A stretch of 63,530 bases of DNA, counting the filler, from Octopus bimaculoides (Eukaryota), in assembly GCF_001194135.2 (NCBI RefSeq). It is 6 parts of 6 records of this genome, joined end to end, with 100 filler letters (N's around TTAATTAATTAA, not from the genome) between each part and the next. Parts side by side here need not be neighbours in the genome. Positions count along the whole stretch, not along the records: positions 62,404 to 63,530 come from NC_068987.1; 5 more parts are not named here. One strand, 5' to 3'. Within the stretch, counting starts at the first letter, position 1. Every line of letters starts with the position of its first letter. The notes beneath the pieces are model-generated. The model was given only the letters and a program-made list of their open reading frames with translations. It was not told the DNA's origin and ran no database searches. This document shows positions 63,310-63,530 of this stretch, piece by piece. The position numbers and the translations under genes were made by a program.

Positions 63310-63480
63310 GCAGGCGCCGATGTGACCGTGTGGGTTAAAAAGATGGTTCCCAATTATGTGATCTTGGGCTCAGTCCCACTGTGTAGCATCTTGGGCAAGT
63401 ATCTTCTATTATAGCCCGGGCCGACAAAAACCTTGAGATTGGATTCGGTATATAGCAAACTGAAAAAAAAAGCTCGTTAC
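63310..63480 (+). mobile_element. SINE family B, 5' part, running into (GT)n at the window end
   Basis: GACCGTGTGG..GGGCTCAGTCCCACTG..CTTGGGCAAGTATCTTCTATTATAGCC. Confidence 0.7.
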
Positions 63481-63490
63481 ATGTGTACAC

Positions 63491-63530
<40 letters not shown>

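Overview
AT-rich, gap-ridden animal genomic scaffold. The microsatellite load and SINE/LINE families look cephalopod (Octopus-like); this is an inference, not a database hit. One protein-coding gene is supported, on the + strand, by three phase-compatible exons (36286/36299-36788, 37799-37975, 39474-39728; 307 codons). They encode signal peptide + laminin-G + EGF, i.e. the N-terminus of an axotactin-like member of the neurexin/Caspr superfamily. No further exon was found in the window. The rest is microsatellites, assembly gaps, several tRNA-derived SINE families and decayed retroelements (R4/Dong, RTE, CR1/L2, Penelope-like, BEL/Pao). The main signal not explained by ORFs is a dense set of type I hammerhead-ribozyme motifs from several unrelated repeat families. 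Three have canonical cores and closed stems (30047-30104 +, 32879-32940 +, 17781-17829 -). Others are a U4C variant (654-738 +), mirror-image pairs inside fold-back elements (1349-1742, 28969-29228) and a three-copy family with a non-canonical CUGUAGA core (3954, 27120, 47736). All folds were derived by hand; none was computed or tested.
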